64,000 nucleotides of DNA from Octopus sinensis (Eukaryota), in NCBI RefSeq assembly GCF_006345805.1, contig NC_043021.1, positions 9,734,001 to 9,798,000 of the forward strand, read 5' to 3'. Below the pieces are notes generated by a model, which did no database searches, was not told the DNA's origin, and was given only the letters and a program-made list of their open reading frames with translations. The position numbers and the translations under genes are program-made. Shown here in pieces: positions 36,914 to 51,283 of the stretch. The first letter of the stretch is position 1. Each line of letters starts with the position of its first letter.

Positions 36914-39019
36914 AGATGTATTCTCTCTACCTGCAGCATATGGACTTACTTCTGGTGACCTTTACAAAAATGTCAAATGATGTCATTGAAAGAAGCATGT
37001 CGAAAACGAAACTAGTTTCTGATTTCTTTGTTTAATGGTTCGTTTAATTTTTCTCAGAATTTACATATTCAGTCGATAGAGCACACTTCTATAGAAAGAA
37101 ATAAAGTGAAAGTATCGTTTGCCTTGGAAAGCGTTGAGTTTTTGTTTCATTCTTGTATAAAATCTTCATGTTATATTTCTATATCACACATGCGAATTGA
37201 TATATATATATTTATATATATCTATATACACTTTATGAAAGGTATTATATAAGGCCCTATCGATAAAAATCAACTCTAGCACTTTATTAGTACTTATTTT
37301 AACAACCTTAAAATAAAAGGTTAAGTCGACGCCCCGGTTCGATTTGAACTTTGACAATGGATACAAGCATGTTATAAAGCAAATGTATGTTGGTAATGTG
37401 ACATGTCGTTCATGCCCTTCTCGAAACTGACCCCATTTTCGTAACCGTAGTTCCACCCACAATGACCTGCTCCGCCTCCATAGCCAAAATTTCCCGCCAT
37501 ATCAAAATTTTTTGGTTATAGGTGTCTTGTATAAATATATGTAATGCCGTCGTATATAGGCATACGTATGTATATATGTAAGAAAGCATAGTTACTGTGC
37601 CGGATTTAAGGTCAGCTGGCACCCTATGCGCAGCCCAACAATAGTTCCCCTTGCGATCTCTGTTGAATTGACAGACTTAGCAGCCCTCGGGAATTTCTAC
37701 GAAGTATTTCTTTTCTTTTTAAAATCCACAACTGGGACTGTGGGTTCGTGCCCAGCCATATGCACCTTCTTTTGTTTAAGCTCGTTCAGGTCAGTGTTAC
37801 CAGCGTAGTTGTACCGTAGCAGACTAACATTGCCGAAGATAATTTCTGAATAAGAAATAATCGATTAAAATTTCAGCTTCCTTTCAGGCCATATGCCCCA
37901 CGACAGCCTATATTAAATATAAAGCTCGCTTTAATTTTATTTCTGTAACAATATATATGAAAAGTATTTAATTGTGACTAGAGCAACGAGATGGACGTAT
38001 TCACTTCTTTTATTCTTTGTATTTTTTAAACTGTTAAATTAGCAAAGAATTATTCTTTCTACCGATTTCGACATGTGGGAATTTTTGAACGAAGATAATC
38101 TAATGAAAAAATCTACGAAACGAAATATCCGTCGGCTTCTTCCTATATCGAAAGATACAAAGCAAAAATACTAACAGACATGGATCAATGCCGACTGTTG
38201 TCTACTTTATAACTTTATTTATACTTTTAAAAGTTTTATTATCATTATTATTATTATTATTATTACTATTATATTATTGTTTTAATTACGATCACGTAAT
38301 AACGATTCAAGTCCTCGACATCGAAGTTTCGACATATTTCCTCAAGCGATTCATTTTACTCATGAGTGATTTCGTTGCCCGAGCAGTATCAAACTGCAGA
38401 TTACAACATTCAATAATAGTTTACAACACAATAAGTTTTTTAACATCAACAGACAAGCCATCGCCGTTCCTGCTTCCCTGCTGGCAGCGAATGCTGCACA
38501 GCAAATTGCTTCCCAGTCGCAACCGGGCGAGCAAGCCATTGAGAGGATGTTGTTTTCCTGCGATCAAAGGCATTTCTAACCTCCTTCCTGTCTTTATTAT
38601 TGTATATGTATATTTAAATATATGTAGGAAACCTAGGAAAACATTATCCAGTATCATCCGTCTTTCCAAAGATGGCAGCATATGATTTAAGGGAATTCGG
38701 CTATTATTTCTAGCAAATTGAGCGACCTCATAGAGGCTCTTCTGCTGGATCGGGTTGCGACATGCGGCAATTTCGAGATTTTCAAATTTATCGTACTCGT
38801 TACTATATTTCACTATTATTATTAATGTTAATATTTTTGCTGTGTATGTATATATACATATATACATATACACATTTTTTGTGGAGCCTTGTTCATTTGA
38901 ACCTTAGCAAATCTTTTTTTATTAAAAACAAACTTCTGTACGGTCCAAAGCACGTGCTTATTTCGCTTAATGGTTCACTCCTACGTACATACGTGTATAT
39001 AGATAGATAGATAGATAGA

Positions 39020-39060
<41 letters not shown>

Positions 39061-39253
39061 CTTATTTCAGTCATTTTGACTGCGGCCATGCTGGAGCACC
39101 GCCTTTAATCGAGCAACTCGACCCCGGGACTTATTCTTTGCAAGCCCAGTACTTATTCTATCGGTCTCTTTTCCCGAACCGCTAAGTAACGGGGACGTAA
39201 ACACACCAGCATCGGTTGTCAAGCAATGCTAGGGGAGAAACACAGACACACAA

Positions 39254-39284
<31 letters not shown>

Positions 39285-39293
39285 CGACAGGCT

Positions 39294-39352
<59 letters not shown>

Positions 39353-40899
39353 ATTATTATTATTATTAATTGGTTATCTCAAGGGCCGAGAGTTTCGTCA
39401 TTTACGCTAATCGTTGGCTCTTCATAAATACCAATAAACGAAACTCAGGATCCCTGAATCACTCTAACTGCAACTGATTAATAATACACACACACATACG
39501 CATATACATTCAATTAAAAGAAGACGAGCTGACCATACCAATCGGTTTTGCACCGGATAATGTGAGTGTGCATGTACGCACGTTAGAATAAAATGTGTCT
39601 TAATTGTGGTCTAAATAATTTTGACATTTAAAATATTTATATACAATGCAGGCAGGTACACGTTACTTTATAACAACACTGTCCTATGGAAGAGAAGTTT
39701 CGGTCGAGAAAAGACCTGAAGGAAAGCTAAGCAAGAAAAGAAGGTCCTGGTCTATGATGCCCGGTCCCAAACTGAAAGATAAATAGTTACTGGAGATGTA
39801 TTTCTTCGCTCGTTACTGCTTCTTGTTGTTTAGCTCAATCAAGCCGACATATAATCAAAAACATCTCAAACGTAACCCTTCATTCCGTCCTGTTTTGGCT
39901 ATGTACAATTAGACTAGGTTATATTCTTTTATTTGTTTAGCATTTTGACTGCGGCCGTGCTGGAGCACTGCCTTTAAGTCGAACAAATCGGTCTCAGGAC
40001 TTATTCTTTGCAAGCTTAGTACTTATTCTATCGCTAGGTTTCGGGGACGTAAACACACCAGCATCGGTTGTCAAACGATGGTGGGAGACAAACACAGATC
40101 CACAAATACATACATACATATATATACATATGTGTGTATATATATATATATTTCTTTACTACCCACAAGGGGCTAAACATAAAGGGGACAAACAAGGACG
40201 GACAAACGGATTAAGTCGATTACATCGACCCAGTGCGAAACTGGTACTTTATTTATCGACCCCGAGAGGATGAAAGGCAAAGTCGACCTCGGCGGAATAT
40301 ATATATATATATATATGACTGGCTTCTTTCAGGTTCCGTCTACCGAATCCACTAATAAGGCTTCGGTCGGCCCGAGGTTGTAGTAGAAGTCACGCAGTGA
40401 GACTGAACCCGGAACCATGTGGTTGGGAAGCAATCTTCTTGTCACACAGCCACTCCTTCGCCTATATAATACATTCCTTTTTTTTTTTTTTTTTGTAATA
40501 TGGTAGGACTGAGGGCGATTCGACTGTTCTTTCTAACAGATCGAGCGACCACGTGGAAACTACTTCGTTGGCTTGTTAATGTTATTATGATTACGATAAA
40601 GTTTAACAGGTTTAAAACAACCGTTACACTCGTCGCCGACTCGTCCTTTTGAAAACCGTTAGAGGTGATTGCAAAAACATTTGTCTGCAATTTCTAGCTT
40701 GCAGTTGGTCATTTCCTTCTGAAGAACGTGGCTATTTAATAATTAGAACTAATGAATAATTAAATTAAGTGGTTCATGTTTTAAACATTAGAACCTTCGC
40801 TAGTCTTTTGAAAAATGGATTTCAATAGAGCGGCTGTTATTATAATTATTAGTGTTCTTGTTCTTATTGTTATTATCGAAGATAATTTCATCTGTTATT

Positions 40900-41390
40900 G
40901 TTAACGTTTGATAGCTATCGCATTTGTTGCAGTGGTTGTTGAGGTGGTGGTAACGGTGATGATGGTGATGGTGAAGAAGATGACGACCATGGGTCATGAT
41001 TTATGATGTTGATATTGATGGTGATGATGATGATGTGGGAGTGGTGGTGGCGGCGGTGATGTTGATGTGAATGATGGTGCTGGAGATGAAATGTGATGAT
41101 GATGTTCAAATGGTTAATACTGGTGATATTGGTGATAGGGATGCAGGTGAGAATGGTGGTGTTAATGGAGATGGCGTTGGTTGTGGTGATGATAATGGTG
41201 ATAGTTGTGGTGTTGACGGAGTTGGTGGCAGTGGTTGCGGTAGAGGTTGTGGTTCTGGAAATAGTAGTATGATGAGGACAATGATAGGGATGATGGTGAT
41301 AGCAGTGACGGTATTAAGGATGATGGTGATGGTACATGATAGTGATGAGGGTAGTGTTAACGGTGGTGACGATGGTAGCTCAGCATCAGA
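40900..41390. repeat. Cryptic (GAT/GGT)n trinucleotide low-complexity tract
   Basis: Degenerate GGT/GAT repeats. Confidence 0.8.
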
Positions 41391-41709
41391 CAAGAACGCT
41401 TAGCAGCATTTCTTCTGAATCTTTTATGCTTTAAGTTCAAATGCTACTCAGGTCACTTTTTGTCCTTCATCGTCTTGGGGTTAATTATTATTGTGCAAAA
41501 TGCTTAGCGGCATTTCATACTTTTTTTTTTTTTTGTATTCTGAGTTTAAATTCCACCAAGATCGACTTTGACTTTCATCCTTTGGGTGGACGTGGAGGGG
41601 GGTGATAAAAGAAATACCACTTAAACACTGGGGGTCAATGTAATTGATTTCCCCCCTCCCCCGAATTTGCTGGCCTTGTGCCAAAATTTGAAACTGTTAT
41701 TATTATCAT

Positions 41710-42183
41710 TGAGTGACAGAGAGCAGTGCATGCCATCAAAGTGACACCGGGGTAAAATATACGAAGCTCAGTATACCCATCATGACTACCCGTCTGATAA
41801 GGGTACACCAGGCACATGCATCACAACCAGACGTGCTGGACATGGCAATCTCATTTCAAGATTAACAGTGCATGACCTTGCAAGTAGGGCCCAGTTAGAA
41901 TTTTCTTCTGGTCGAGTAGCCCATCCCGCTCAAAAGGTCCTTGAATAAGGATTGTTTAAGGTTGTTGAACAAACCACCCATGTTTCCAAAGGTGAATTAT
42001 CCAAACCTTTAAGAATTCCTTTCAACACATGGCTATGATGCTCCCCCACTACTTCTGCTCACGATCAGAAATGCACATATCGTCAACCACTAAGGGACAT
42101 GGTCAACTGGTTAAGGTCAAACAACTGACAAGCAAATCTGTGGTTTTGAGCAGAATATTTGCTGTAGCCCATCTTTTATACCA
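41710..42183. mobile_element. ~480-bp interspersed repeat, copy 1
   Basis: Clearly homologous but diverged second copy at ~42743-43310. Confidence 0.7.
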
Positions 42184-42742
42184 ATTATTATTATTATTAT
42201 TATTAGTAGTAGTAGTAGTATTTTCCTTTGCAATGCTCTTGATATGGATAATCCTGTGAGAGAAGACAGCAACCTTGTTGTCAAAGGTCTCACAGGGTCT
42301 TTTTTTATTTGGTGAGCTGGCAGAATCGTTAGCATGCAGGACGAAATGCTTAGCAGTATTTCACCCGTCATTACATTCTGTGTTCAAATTCCGCCAAAGT
42401 TGACATTTGCCTTTCATCCTTTCGGGGGTCGATAAATTAAATACCAGTGAAACACTGGGATCGATATAATTGACTAGTCCCTTCCCTCCAAATTTCTGAC
42501 CTTGTATCCATACTAGAAAGAATTATTGCTATTATTATTATTAAGGCAGCAAGCTGGCAGAATTGTTACCACACCAGAAAGAAATGCTTAGCAGCATTTT
42601 GTCTGTCTTCACATTCTGAGTTCAAATTCTACCGAGTCTGATTTTGCCTTTCATCCTTTCGGGGTCAATAATGCCGTGGTTGATATAACTGACTTATCCC
42701 TTCCCCCAAAATTACTGGCCTTGTGCCAAAATTATTATTATT

Positions 42743-43310
42743 ATTGAGTGAGGGAGCAGTGCATGCCATCAAAGTGACACTGGGGTACAAATATACGAAG
42801 CCCAATATACCCATCATGACTACCTGTCTGATAAGGGTACACCAGGCACATGCATCACAACCATATGCACACGACATGGTGATCTCATATCAAGATAAAC
42901 AGCGCATGACTTTGCAGGTGGGGCCTAGTTAGAATTTTCTTCTGGTCGAGTAACCCATCCCACTCAAACGGTCCCTGAATAAGGATAGTTTAAGGATGTT
43001 GAACGAACCACCCACGTTTCCAAAGGTTAATTATCCAAACCTCCAAGAATCCCTCTCAACACATGGCTATGATGCTCCCCCACAACTTCTGCTCATGATC
43101 AGAGATGCACATATCATCAGCCAGTAAGGGACATGCTCAACTGGTTAAGGTCAAACAACTGACAAGCAAATCTGTGGTTTTGAGCAAAATGTTTGCTGTA
43201 ACCATCTTTTATACCAATACAAAACAATGTACATGATAACACTTGCAATCAGTTAAGATCAGAAGCCATGAGAGCCACTGTCTGGTACTGCATCAGAGCA
43301 TTTATTATTA
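42743..43310. mobile_element. ~480-560-bp interspersed repeat, copy 2
   Basis: See copy 1; flanked by (TAT)n on both sides. Confidence 0.7.
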
Positions 43311-44747
43311 TCATTATTATTATTAACAATAATTTTAGAAGTAATATGAACAATTTGTTTTAGTGATCATTAATTAATTGATGAAAGAGATTATATTCCC
43401 CAACATAGCCTACACCATCATCATCTAACCCTCAGCTATTATGAAATATTTGCACAACTTGCTCACCATGGACACTATTTCGACTAAAAGACTAGAATAG
43501 AAAAATAGAAAAAAAGAAAGACCAATATTGCTATTAATTTATCAACATTGCAGCCATGTTGCTTGTATTCTGACTTGATGGTGGAGTGTATGGACTAGAG
43601 TTTAATATTTTCCTGTGTAGCAAACATGATGTGAATGGAATTATTTTAGAAAAAGAACGAACGCTTAATGTTTTACAACATATTTGTGAGAAAGGCATGA
43701 ATGTCACATTATGCTATTTAAATTCCTTTTTTTCTCCCTTTACATGTCAGGACAAATCAAAAATGATCTCTTTTTTTTTCTTTTATTCATTTATTTGCTT
43801 TAGTCATTTGACTGCGGCCATGCTGGAGCACCGCCTTTAGTCGAGCAAATCGACCCCAAGACTTATTCTTTGTAAGCCTAGTACTTATTCTATTGGTCTC
43901 TCTTGCCAAACCACTAAGTGATGGGGACATAAACACACTAGCATCGGTTATAAAGCAATGTTGGGGGCACAAACACACATGTATATGTATGTATATATGT
44001 GTGTGTATACGGTGGGCTTCTTTCAGTTTCCATCTACCAAATCCAATCACAAGGCTTTGGTCGGCCTGAGGGTATAGTAGAAGACACTTACCCAAGTATA
44101 TGTGTGTTTGTCGCTTGACAACCGATGCTGGTGTGTTTACGTCCCCGTAACTTAGCAGCTCAGCAAAAGAGACTGATAGAATAAGTACTAGGCTTACAAA
44201 GAATAAGTCTTGGGATCGATTTGCTCGACTAAAGGTGGTGCTCCAGCATGGCCACAGTCAACAGACTGAAACAAGTAAGAGAGAATATATATATATATGA
44301 TGATGATGATGATGATGATACACACACATATATATATTGTTCAAGTTGGATTTAGAATCCTGGTAGTAAATATGACCCTTTTAAGAGCCTCCAAGACAAT
44401 GTCTCTGTAATATTAAATATGTTAGTGAATGAAGTAAACTTGATAGACCAATCTCTATATAAAACACTTTTGCTGGCAGCCAGTTCGAATATTGAACGAA
44501 GTGTGTTAACAGTATTCTGTCCTTTTGGCATACTGTACACCAGTAATTTAATTTTTGAATTAGCTGCCAAGAAACTATTATTTATGCAAATTTGTCTCCC
44601 CAGTTTATTGCAGTGCACAATGTTTCACAGTTGAAAAACACTAACAAAACAGGTTTGAAACATTGCTTTTTCTGTCCACATAAATATTGAATATGCATGC
44701 GTATTGTTTAGGTGTGTCCTTGACTACAACAATCAATAGATATGTAC

Positions 44748-44801
<54 letters not shown>

Positions 44802-45040
44802 CTATTATTTAAGTTGTCATTTGGCCAAATGCATTTTTTTTTTTCCAATATTTATTTTTGCTTGCAATAGCCAGTTCTTTTGGTCAAACTATTGTATCTC
44901 CAGCTGCTTCAGATGCCAAGCTATCAAAAAATTGTGAAAGTGTAGTACAATGGTTTTGCTATGGAATGGTGAAACTATTTTTTCGTTTTCTGAAAAAGCA
45001 AAATTTTGGACTTACGACACTTTTGCATAATAGCAATGAT

Positions 45041-45073
<33 letters not shown>

Positions 45074-45349
45074 CATATACGAGCAAAACGTGAGAAGGTG
45101 AAATTCACATGCAAAATATATTGCATCGTGCCATAAATAATGCAGTTTTTTCAATTGCATGAACTAAAAGTTGGAGGAGAACAGGATAAACTACCTGCAT
45201 CAACTTGCTATAAAAGATGGTAGTAATTTTACCTTGTGTTTATTCTTAGTGTTGGTTTTGAAGAGTGCAGTTCGATTTTAATAGTTATTTTTTCAAACCT
45301 ATAATGGAAGTGACAAAGGAGCACCTACCACCACTACCAACTACCACCT

Positions 45350-45612
45350 GTGTCATCTCTTGTGAAAGGTAGGAGAGTCCAGTTTGCTGGACATTGTTGT
45401 AGAGCTGAAAAAGAGGTAATTTCTACTCTTCTCCTCTGGAAGCCATCTACTCGCAATACCAGAGGGCACACACTCTCCTACCCTGATGTAATCTCCAGGG
45501 ATACAGGCATCCAGCAACAGGACCTCCGTAATGCCACGATGGACCGTGAAGTCTGGCGTAGCATGGTAAATTCCATTGTCTCGACCACGGTCGAACAATG
45601 ATGATGATGATA
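45350..45612 (+). mobile_element. RTE-type LINE 3' end with (GAT)n tail
   Basis: RRVQFAGHCCRAEKEVISTLLLWKP...DREVWRSMV followed by GAT repeats. Confidence 0.75.
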
Positions 45613-46015
45613 TTTTACGTGCGAGGAATGTTAATGCAGTATATGGGGATCGAATAATAAGTGTAAACCAGTGTCAATGGTGGTTCCAGAAATTTCCAGC
45701 CGGAAACAACAGCCTAGAAGTCGAGCCTCATCCTAGAAGATCTGTAGAGCTCAACAAGGTTGTCCTGCAAATCCTAGGGGAACAAAATCATATTGTAACT
45801 GTTGAGGAATTAGCAGAGAATCTTGGATTTGGTCATTCAACCATTCATCAACACCTGCGTGGCATCAGATAGGTCAGCAAATTGGGTCGTTGGGTTCCTC
45901 ACAAACTTTCCAAGTCTAATTGTGTGCAGAGAGTGTTTGTGCGCTCTTCTTTGCTGTCACATCTCACAAATGAACCTTTTTGGGACCGAATAGTGACCAG
46001 TGGCAAGAAAGGATC
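45610..46015 (+). mobile_element. Mariner transposase N-terminal fragment (degenerate)
   Basis: QWWFQKF...SLEVEPHPRR...TVEELAENLGFGHSTIHQHL...LGRWVPHKL...DRIVT (HTH and WVPHxL motifs). Confidence 0.85.
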
Positions 46016-47102
46016 TTTAGTCGAACAAATTGACCCCAGGACTATTTTTTAAAGCCTAGTACTTATTGTATTGGTTTCTTTTGGTGAACCGCTAAGTTAT
46101 GAGGATGTAAACACACCAGCACTGGTTGTCAAGTGGTGGTGGGGGACACACTGAGACACAAAGACACATAAATACACACACACACACACATATGGTGGGG
46201 TTTTTTTCAGTTTCCAACTACCAAATGCACTTCTATTTTTCACGTGCTGCTGGCAGAAGTGCCAGTAAGGTGCAGTTAATGGTAAATGTCAATAATATGG
46301 TGTAGAGTTGTTAATCTGGAGCAGGGATTCCCAAAATGTGCTCTGCTAAACCCCAGGCTTCCATGAAAGTTTTTAAAGGATTCTGTAGCTAAACGTTTGG
46401 GAACCACTGATCTAGTAATCAACTAAATGCTTTTAGGCTTACCAAAGTCATGCCTTTGTACGAATTCATACAGTGGTGTTTGCTGCTGTTTGTCAATAGA
46501 GCTGTCTGTGAAACATCTTTCTCACCATGAAAACAGATGAGCATATGACACGTGTGTTTATAGTATTTGGAGATGAGAAAAATATAAAGGTCTCATGGGA
46601 ACCACTGATCTAACAATTAATTGAATGTTTTTAGGCTTATCAAAGTCATGTTTTTGTTCGAATTTAGACAGTGACGTCTGCCAGTGTTCACCAATAGTGC
46701 TGTCCATGAAACACGTTTCTAATTATGTAAACAAGTGTATGACGTAAGTGTTTATTGTGCTTCAAGATGTATGCAGGCTTGCAGCATATCCTGTGCATAC
46801 ATTTTAGTAATGGTAATGTAGCATCTATCAACAGATGTGTAGTGCTTTAAACTATATAAGAACCAGGCATTCCATTATAAGCATCAAGCATTCTCCCTAT
46901 AGAGAAGGCTACAGTAAAGTAGTCACACAATTTTGTAACTGTTATTTCTATGTACAGGATAATACAGTACCCTGACCCACAAACGTTGTCCCGTGTTTGT
47001 GAAATACTAGGGTTAACTTTTATACAGGGTCTATGGAAAATTCTCAATTTTTTGGCCCAAAATAGGGGTTGACTTTTACATGAGATCGACTATTACTCAA
47101 GT

Positions 47103-47144
<42 letters not shown>

Positions 47145-47559
47145 CATCATCATCATCAATTAACGTCCGTTTTCCATGCTAGCATGGGTTGAACGGTTTG
47201 ACCGTGGTCTGGGAAGACAAGAGGCTGCACCAGGCTCCAGTCTGATCTCGCAGTGCTTCTACAGCTGGATGCCCTTCCTAACGCCAACCACTCCATGAGT
47301 GTAGTGGGTGCTTTTTACGTGCTATATATATATATATAGCATATTCTTTTATTCTTTCGGTTATTTGACTGCAGCCATGCTGGAGCACCACCTTAAAGGG
47401 AATTAGTCAATGAAATCAACCCCAGGACTTATTCTTTGTCAGCCTAGTACTTATTCTATTGGTCTCTTTTGCCAACCTACTAAGTTACAGAGATGTAAAC
47501 ACACCAGCATAGGTTGTTAAGCTATGGCTAGGGGGACAAACACATATACAAACATACAT

Positions 47560-47592
<33 letters not shown>

Positions 47593-50500
47593 CGACAGGC
47601 TTCTTTCAGCTTTCGTCTACCAAATCCACGCACAAGGCTTTGGTTAGCGCAAGGCTATGGTAGAAGATACTTGCCCAAAATGCCATGCAATGAAACTGAA
47701 CCTGGAACCATGTGGTTGGGAAGCAAGTTTCTTACCACACAGCCACGTCTGCACCTATATATATATATACACATATAAATAAAAATAAATGGGCCTGGTT
47801 TCAATGGCGTATGTGTTTCCCAGCTGGACGGGACACCAGTCCATCATAGTGTTACTCATTTTTGCCAGCTGAGTGGACTGGAGCAACGTGAAATGAAGTG
47901 TTTTGCTCAAGAACACAACGCGTCGCCCGGTCCAGGAATCGAAACCACAATCTTACAATCATGATGCTGACACTCTAACCACTAAGCCAGGCACCTCCAC
48001 TATATATACATATATACATATTTAAAATATATATGCACTGTAAAGTTCAACACAACCAAAATTTTGAGCTAAGTAGTACAGCCCACATCTCACTCCTGGT
48101 TAGGGTTGATGGTGGTGGCGGTGGGGTAACATGAAACCACCAGATGACTACTGTATGGAATATGAACTACATAACAGTGTTAACGAAATACAGATAATAT
48201 ATTTGGTATTTTCTGCTTTATAAAACACGTGTTTTGGCTTTTCAACTGATAGGATTACGCACAGTCGTTTGTTGAAAACTATACAATCTTATCAAAATAT
48301 CTCTTGAGTGTTTAGAAGAAAATACCATAACCAACTTGGCCTTTTGTCCTTTTGAGCTTAATAGATTAAGTAGCAGTGATTGAAACATTGGTGTCGATGT
48401 AATTGACTAACCCCTCCCACCTAATTTCAGGCTTTGTACTTATAATAGTGAGGATTGGCTCTGTTTTTTTCCCATCTGTATCACTAAACTTATGTATGTA
48501 CCTAGGCAGGTTGATAGGTAAAGAGGAGAGGAAGAGACTCTCATTGTGTGTGTGTGTGTGTGTTTAACACAAAAACATGCAGGAACATGTTGAAAACATC
48601 TTTAATTTTATTTATTACTCTTTATTCTTTTACTCTTTTACATGTTTCAGTCATATGACTGCGGCCATGCTGGAGCACCGCCTTTAGTCGAGCAACTCGA
48701 CCCCGGGACTTATTCTTTGTAAGCCCAGTACTTATTCTATCGGTCTCTTTTACCGAACCGCTAAGTGACGGGGACGTAAACACACCAGCATCGGTTGTCA
48801 AGCAATGCTAGGGGGACAAACACAGACACACAAACATATTCACACACTTATATATATATATATATACATATATACGACAGGCTTCTTTCAGTTTCCGTCT
48901 ACCAAATCCACTCACAAGGCATTGGTCGGCCCGGGGCTATAGCAGAAGACACTTGCCCAAGATGCCATGCAGTGGGACTGAACCCGGAACCATGTGGTTG
49001 GTTAGCAAGCTACTTACCACACAGCCACTCCTGATCTATTGTTATCATTGATCTTTTTTTTTTTGTTTCAGTCATTAGACTGCAGCCATGCTGGGGCACT
49101 GCCTTGAAGAATCTCTTAGTTGAATGCATTGGCCCTAATACTTAATTTATTATTGCTACGTTCTGAGTTCAAATTCCGCCGAGGTCGACTTTGCCTGTCA
49201 TCCTTTCGGGGTCGATTAAATAAGTACCAGTTATGCACTGGGGTCGATATAATCGACCTAATCCCTTTGTCTGTTCTTGTTTGTCCCCTCTGTGTATAGC
49301 CCCTTGTGGGCAGTAAAGAAATTATTATTATTATTATTATTATTTTGCTAGGTTGCAGGGACGTAAATACACCAGCACCGGTTGTCAAGCAGTGGTGATC
49401 ATTTATCTTTCACTTATTTCTGTCATTGCACTGCGGCCATCCTGGGATACCGTCTTGAAGAATTTCTAATCAAATGAATTGATCCTAGTACTTAATTTTA
49501 TTAAAAAAAAAATTTTTTGCTAAGTTGCGGGGACGTAAACACACCAACACCGGTTGTCAAGCAGTAGCGGGGGACAAACACAGACACGAAGGCATACACA
49601 TAGAAGGACTTCTTCCAGTTTCCGTCTATCAAAATCCATTTACAAGGCTTTGGTCGGTTCGAGGCCATAGTAGAAGACACTTGCCGAAGGTGCTATGCAG
49701 TGGGAGTGAACCCGGGAACCGTATTGTTGAGTAGCAAGCTTCTTACCACACAGCCACACTAAAATATTTCATGCCAAAATATTTGCCCCTTGTTATTTAG
49801 GATTTGCCCCTTCTTTATTTACATTCAAAACAAAATCAACTGAAATGAAAAACCGGACTGACCGAGTGTTTTCTAAAATTCACCGCTGCCTTTGTTTAAC
49901 CACAGGTCAGCACCGATCCAGCAGCTGGACCAATTGTAAAAGACATTCTTGACGTGACTGTCCTATATTTTGTTAATACAAAGTATATTCAAGGAGGCAC
50001 CTCGCTTCTTTGTTTAAGATAACAGGGTGTAAATTTGAAGATCTGCTGCTATTTCTGCTGTAGATAAAAAAAAAAAACCCTGTTGATTGTTGTTATTTTG
50101 TCCCTAGTCAATTTTATGATCAAAAGAATCCCATCATATAAAGAAATGTATCTTCTTTGTCGAGTTCACTGGATGGTAGTGAAAAATTTGGTAGAAAAGG
50201 ATCGTGACATGAAAGCGTCTTTTTTGACACCACCTTGCCTTCCACTAGCAATGTGTCCTTTTTTTTTATTTTTCTAATTCTTAACACGGTAGGATATGAT
50301 TTGAGGAATAGATGGTTGTTATTTCTAACAGATAGAGCCACCACATAGAAGCAACTCCTTTCCTCTATCGGCTTTTAACACACATACTTCTGCATAACAC
50401 GCCCTGTTTCGGCGAACGTGGAAGCCGCATATGTGGTTGCTCAACTTGCTAAAAATAGCAGCCATATTCCCTGCTGTCTAAGAAACAATACCAAAGACAA

Positions 50501-51061
50501 ATCGGACAACGTAGTCCCAAATACCTTTAGCAAGACAGTGTGGTCATAACTGGAATATCTTTGATCATAGGCCTGCTCTATTAGTTCTGACCTGGGTCTG
50601 TACAACACTCGTTTTTTCTAGAATTTCGACAACATTTTTATTGTGAAGAAGCAGTAAAAGTTAGTCACTGCTACTGCTGCTGCTACTACTACTACTACTA
50701 CTACTTGAGCTAACAAGGCGAGCCCCTATATGGTTGCTCCATCGGGTAGGTATACCCTACTGTATTATAAAAATAAAGGGCACGTAGAATGATGCGGTCG
50801 TGGGATCCTTGCACACAGTAAAACAAAGAAGAGATGGTGCTGCCAACTGGAATGCCTTTGATGATGCCTGTTTAACCATGGTTGACCTGGGGCTAAACAA
50901 CCACTGCTACTACTGTGATTTTTCGATGTACCCCGGACAGCATTAAAAAAATTCTTCAAATACGTACTCTCTTAATTAAAGGGAAATTACATTAAATAAT
51001 TTTTCGTTTTTGGATTTGGTTTGCAAGATTCTTTATATGAGTTCGTGTGTTGAAGCATATT

Positions 51062-51283
51062 CTGTTGTGTCTGGGGAGAGTCATTTTCTTTTTGGGCCTT
51101 ATAATGTAACACACTCACCGGTAAAATTTCCACTTATTTCTTATTTTTATTTTCCTAAAATTTTCGTTGCGTCTTGCAACCTTTTCAATTGTCAAAAGGT
51201 TGCAAGACGCAACGAAAATTTTACCGGTGAATGTGTTACATTATAAGGCACAAAAAGAAAATTACTTTCCCCAGACATAACAG
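51062..51283. mobile_element. Same MITE family, copy 2, with an internal perfect hairpin
   Basis: TIRs of ~55 bp plus an internal inverted repeat AAAATTTTCGTTGCGTCTTGCAACCTTTT / its complement. Confidence 0.75.

Noticed and set aside
40800-41403. His-rich, Gly/Asp-rich and Pro/Ser-rich ORFs
   Set aside because: Products of a degenerate trinucleotide tract; no splice signals or domain.
46399-46770. Diverged ~200-bp direct repeat beside a hAT-like terminus
   Set aside because: Old local duplication of transposon-flanking sequence with no sign of function.
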